Assembly (NCBI GenBank): GCA_050115495.1 | Contig: JASFQK010000003.1 | Location: 96,001-160,000, forward strand | From: Phycisphaerae bacterium | GTDB lineage: Bacteria; Planctomycetota; Phycisphaerae; UBA1845; Fen-1342 | Direction: 5' to 3' | DNA: 64,000 nt | Shown: one piece after another, positions 60,294-64,000 of the stretch | How the letters are laid out: each line of letters begins with the position of its first letter | Numbering within the stretch: the first letter of the stretch is position 1 | The notes under the pieces: generated by a model | What the model saw: the letters and a program-made list of their open reading frames with translations, nothing else | What the model was told of the DNA's origin: nothing | Database searches by the model: none | Position numbers and translations under genes: made by a program

Positions 60294-62897
60294 TCAACCG
60301 CCGGTCAGCAGGTCGATGAAGGGGGAGATGTCGAAGTTGTTCAGAGTACCGTCGCTGTTGATGTCTCCGTTAAGCAAGTCGCAATCGGGGTACTGCTCGG
60401 CGTAGGCGGTCGGGTTGGTGAGAGCCTGGACAAACGGGCTGATGTCGAAGTTGTTGACCACACCGTCGCAGTTGAGGTCGCCGAGCGCGTGGCCGACTGA
60501 GAAGAGCATCAGCCCGTCGATGAAGGGGCTGGGGGCGAGGGCGCGGGCGGTGGCCTCGTTGAACACGAGCATGCCGGCCGGCAGTTGCGTATCGACCTGG
60601 TCGGTCACCGTGTTAGTCGCCGTGTCGATCACCAGGAACTCGCCAGCTACGTCGATGTTGAAAGCGGGGCCGGGCCCGACCGTCACGGAGAACGAGCCGG
60701 TTGCGGCGTAGAGGTGCTCGCCGGCGGCGTCGAGCGCCAAGCCCTGGGCGGCGTTGTCACCGGTGGAGATGGTCGACGTCATGACCCGTGCGGAGACATC
60801 AACGACAGCGATGTTATTGGAATTGCCGTTGATGACGTACAGTGTCTGCCCGTCTGGCGAGACCGCCATCTCGTAGGGCATGTCACCGACGTCGACGGTA
60901 CCGGTGATTGCTGAGTCGGAGCCGGCGTTGTCCACGATGGCCACGAGGTCGTTGTTCTTGTTGCTGACGAAGATGGTGGAGTCGTCAGCGGAGAAGATCG
61001 CCCGCACCGGGAAATCGACCATGCTCAGGTCCTTGACGACGGACCAGGACACGGTATTGATGATCGTTAGAACATCATCGTAGCTACCGCACACCACGAG
61101 CGTGTTGCCGTCATGGCTGAGCGTCATGCCGCTTGCTTGGTTGTACATGTAGTAGATGTTTCCCATATTGCCGCTCGGCAGTTTGGCGCCCTCGACGCTA
61201 AGCGTGTCCAGGTTGATGCGATACACGCCATCGCCGTCCGCCACGACAGCCACGTAGGCGTACTGCCCGTCGGGTGACACCTCGACCTCGCTCCCACGGC
61301 GGCCGAGAGGGACGTTCGTCACGGTGTGGCTGGCGATGTCGATGACCGAAACGAAGTAGGAATCGAGGTTGGCGACAACCGCAGTGGTGCTGTCCGGCGT
61401 GATCTCCACACCGGCGGGTCGATCCCCGACGTCCAGGGTTGCTGTTACGGTCTTCGTGGTCAGGTCGACGATTGAGACGGTGTCGCTGAGGATATTCACC
61501 GCGACGGCGGTGGTGCCGTCAGGGGAGATGGCGACGGTGCGACAACTGTCGGCTTCGGGTGCCGGCCCGGAGGGCATCACCGCCTCGACGTGCCCTGCGG
61601 TGCCGTTCGTGTTCACCACGATCAGGTCCTCGCCGGTGAGGCAGGCGGCCATCGCTGCCCGGGGGCCGATCGGTGACACACCGCCGACATCCGTCGAAAC
61701 GACACCGTTCAGGCTGGCGACGATGCTCTCGGTGGAGTAGTCGATCAGGCTACCGTTGTAGCCCACGCCGAGGCAGCAATTGCCGTCGGCCGTCGTCAGG
61801 AGCTGGGTAACGCTGGCGGTATTCAGATTGCCGGATACGGCGTCGGTGATGAGGTTGACGACCCGGCAGGCGTTCGAGATGGAGACCACCGCTTTCGTTC
61901 CGGCCGGGTTGATGGCGACCGGCCCCCGGCCGTTCGCGCCGACGTCAATCGTCTTGGTGATGGTCTGGGCGGTCGTGTCGATTACCGTGATGAGGCTGCT
62001 GCTGGCGTGCGAACAGACTGCCTTCGTACGGTCCGAAGTAATGGCGATACCGCGTGGTCTACTGGTGCAGGCTACGTCGGTCGCGGAGCCGGTCGTAATG
62101 TCGATGAAGCGAATGCGGGCGTTGTAGTAATCCACGTTCAGCAGCGTGGCATTGTCGACGCACTCGAAGCCGGTAAAGGCAGCGATCACGGCGGCCGACT
62201 CGAAGTTCATCGATATGGTCGCGGAGTACGCGACACCGTCGATCTGACGCAGCTCGGTTGCCGCGGCAATATCAATCACGGATACCGTGCCGTCAGCGGT
62301 GTTGCCGACGATGGCAGTGCTGTTGTCGGGCGTGATACGCACCATGCCTGGCTGGTTCCCGACGGTGACGACGGCGGTCTCAGTATTGGTCTGCAGGTCC
62401 ACGATCGACGCCGTATCCTCGAAGATGTTGGCCGTCACGGCGTAGTGGCCGTCGGTCGTGAGCGCCAACTCGTTCGGCGAGCCTGAGAGCTGGATCTCGC
62501 CGAGAAAGGCGCGGGTGTTCGCGTCGTAGATGATCAGGTTCTGCGTATCGCGATGAGCGACGATGATCTTCGCACCGTCGGGCGTGAACGCAATCCCCGA
62601 AGGCACATCACCCTCGGGCAGTTCACCGAGGAACATGGTCTCAAATGAGGCGCTGCGCAGCGACAGATTGCGTACGAGCCCGGCCAGGTCGAGCTCCCCG
62701 CCGGGCAGATCGAAACGCTGGATCCAGGCATCGCCGTCCGGTTGGTCCAGCGTGCCGGGATACGGCGTCATCTGTCCATGGGCGTCGATCACGACATGGT
62801 CGAGTTGGGCTGAGGCACTGGCGACACCAAACAGCGCGAGGCACGCCACGACGACGCCCATGGTGAGCCGCTGTCCATCTCGTTTCCTGCGATTCAT
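60294..62897 (-). CDS. Secreted YVTN/YncE multi-beta-propeller protein with C-terminal dockerin-like domain
   Basis: Signal peptide; many VGxxPxxxxxxPDG / VSIVD repeats; GDLNCDGVVNNFDISPF..GDINSDGTLNNFDISPF; AGGAG RBS. Confidence 0.88.
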   Translation of the reverse strand: MNRRKRDGQRLTMGVVVACLALFGVASASAQLDHVVIDAHGQMTPYPGTLDQPDGDAWIQRFDLPGGELDLAGLVRNLSLRSASFETMFLGELPEGDVPSGIAFTPDGAKIIVAHRDTQNLIIYDANTRAFLGEIQLSGSPNELALTTDGHYAVTANIFEDTASIVDLQTNTETAVVTVGNQPGMVRITPDNSTAIVGNTADGTVSVIDIAAATELRQIDGVAYSATISMNFESAAVIAAFTGFECVDNATLLNVDYYNARIRFIDITTGSATDVACTSRPRGIAITSDRTKAVCSHASSSLITVIDTTAQTITKTIDVGANGRGPVAINPAGTKAVVSISNACRVVNLITDAVSGNLNTASVTQLLTTADGNCCLGVGYNGSLIDYSTESIVASLNGVVSTDVGGVSPIGPRAAMAACLTGEDLIVVNTNGTAGHVEAVMPSGPAPEADSCRTVAISPDGTTAVAVNILSDTVSIVDLTTKTVTATLDVGDRPAGVEITPDSTTAVVANLDSYFVSVIDIASHTVTNVPLGRRGSEVEVSPDGQYAYVAVVADGDGVYRINLDTLSVEGAKLPSGNMGNIYYMYNQASGMTLSHDGNTLVVCGSYDDVLTIINTVSWSVVKDLSMVDFPVRAIFSADDSTIFVSNKNNDLVAIVDNAGSDSAITGTVDVGDMPYEMAVSPDGQTLYVINGNSNNIAVVDVSARVMTSTISTGDNAAQGLALDAAGEHLYAATGSFSVTVGPGPAFNIDVAGEFLVIDTATNTVTDQVDTQLPAGMLVFNEATARALAPSPFIDGLMLFSVGHALGDLNCDGVVNNFDISPFVQALTNPTAYAEQYPDCDLLNGDINSDGTLNNFDISPFIDLLTGG

Positions 62898-63303
62898 GCT
62901 TGCGCTCCTGTCCGACACTCTCCGGATAACAGGGGCCCAACAGACCTTGTCGGGCCACCACAACACGCCGATCTGCAGTATCCGCCGGCGAGCCTGAGCG
63001 GTCGGTACTCTCTGTCCGCCGACGGATGTCGTCGCCACGTCCGAACTGGCCGCGGCAGCGCCGCCGTGGCCCGGTGCACCTTCCTTTCCGGCCTTCGAGG
63101 GAGCCTCACTCACCGGGGAGGGTTTCATCCCTGCTTTGCGGCCCAGGAGCAGCAGGGAGAGCCGAATCCCGCGGCACCGGGTCCAATATAGCCCTCAGCT
63201 GTCCGTGTTTCAAGATTACTTCAGAGAAATCATCGGAGATATTGGCGGCGTCGTTGCGAAAAAGGCGGTGGGCTAGTAGAATTCCCATTATCAAGGTACT
63301 CAG

Positions 63304-64000
63304 ATGGCCGACACCGACGTAGAAAAGCTGGAGCCGACAGCCGAGTCATTCCAAGACCATGCTACGTCTGTACTTAGAAGGATTCAGGGGGCGATAAGCC
63401 GGATCGTGGCGCTCCTGCACCCCGGCCCGGTTCGCCCGCGAGACGTCGCCCAACGCCTGAAGCTGGATAAGTCGCTGGCGTGGAAGGTGGCCCGCATCGC
63501 CCAGGCGCGTGACCCGCGCGACGTGATGGAGTACGTGCCTGGTTCCGGCGGGATCGAGATCGTCCTCTCCGCCGCCGAGAGCGCTGGCGTTGGGCGCGAG
63601 GTCATTGACAGCGCCCGGCAAGCGTTCCAGGACTTCGAGCGGATGATCGGCCAGCAGGCAAGCGATCGGGCGACGCTGGAACTCATGATCCGGGGGATGG
63701 GGGGGCCGGGCGAGCCGGTCGTGGATGAGACGCAGCGAAAGCTGTTGTACCACGGCAGCCGCGCTGTGTGGGGAACGCACACGCGCGTTCATATCAAGGC
63801 GGACTTTCTCGCGCCGAGTCAGCGTGCCGGGTTCTTCGACCTGGCGGTGCTGAGCGGTTTTGTCGACTTCGAACGCCTCCGACCGGGTGTGTTGTGGGCG
63901 TTCGCCCGAAAGCGGGTCACCGATGACGAGGGTTGCGCTCACGGGTACATGAAGGTCGAATCACTCGACCCGGCGTTCCCGGTGGCAGGCGGCGTGCCAC
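63304..64000 (+). CDS. Hypothetical protein with N-terminal HTH-like motif (runs off the window; absent from the ORF track)
   Basis: Open frame MADTDVEKLEP..RPRDVAQRLKLDKSLAWKVARI..; no stop seen in the part I translated. Confidence 0.7.
   Translation, partial: MADTDVEKLEPTAESFQDHATSVLRRIQGAISRIVALLHPGPVRPRDVAQRLKLDKSLAWKVARIAQARDPRDVMEYVPGSGGIEIVLSAAESAGVGREVIDSARQAFQDFERMIGQQASDRATLELMIRGMGGPGEPVVDETQRKLLYHGSRAVWGTHTRVHIKADFLAPSQRAGFFDLAVLSGFVDFERLRPGVLWAFARKRVTDDEGCAHGYMKVESLDPAFPVAGGVP

Overview
GC-rich bacterial chromosome segment. The gene content (long-form GreA, VWA/glutamine-amidotransferase-like membrane protein, Hanks kinase with propeller/TPR, sulfatase-fold proteins, dockerin-tailed propeller, TMTC-like GT-C) fits a planctomycete, probably Phycisphaerae; this is an inference. 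Housekeeping genes are purD, rpmF-plsX-fabH-fabD-fabG, pfkA, hisS and a family-4 UDG. A dispersed lipid-linked glycosylation set is present (three GT2, GT87, two further GT-C-like proteins, a flippase-like protein, a TMTC-like TPR protein), along with cation antiporters, two PilZ/YcgR-like genes and a MEMO1-family gene with a PqqD/RRE-like N-terminus. The most notable locus is an NLR-like gene (Mrr-like PD-(D/E)xK nuclease + NB-ARC + near-identical TPRs). It is split by a +1 frameshift in a C8 tract exactly at the nuclease/NB-ARC junction and is bracketed by ~100-bp inverted repeats with a perfect 29-bp REP-like core. An orphan SMI1/KNR4 gene likewise sits between two REP doublets. Intergenic regions carry several families of REP/MITE-like palindromes and heptamer tandem repeats. 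I found no rRNA, tRNA, CRISPR array or transposase. All product calls come from motif recognition by eye; no database searches were run.
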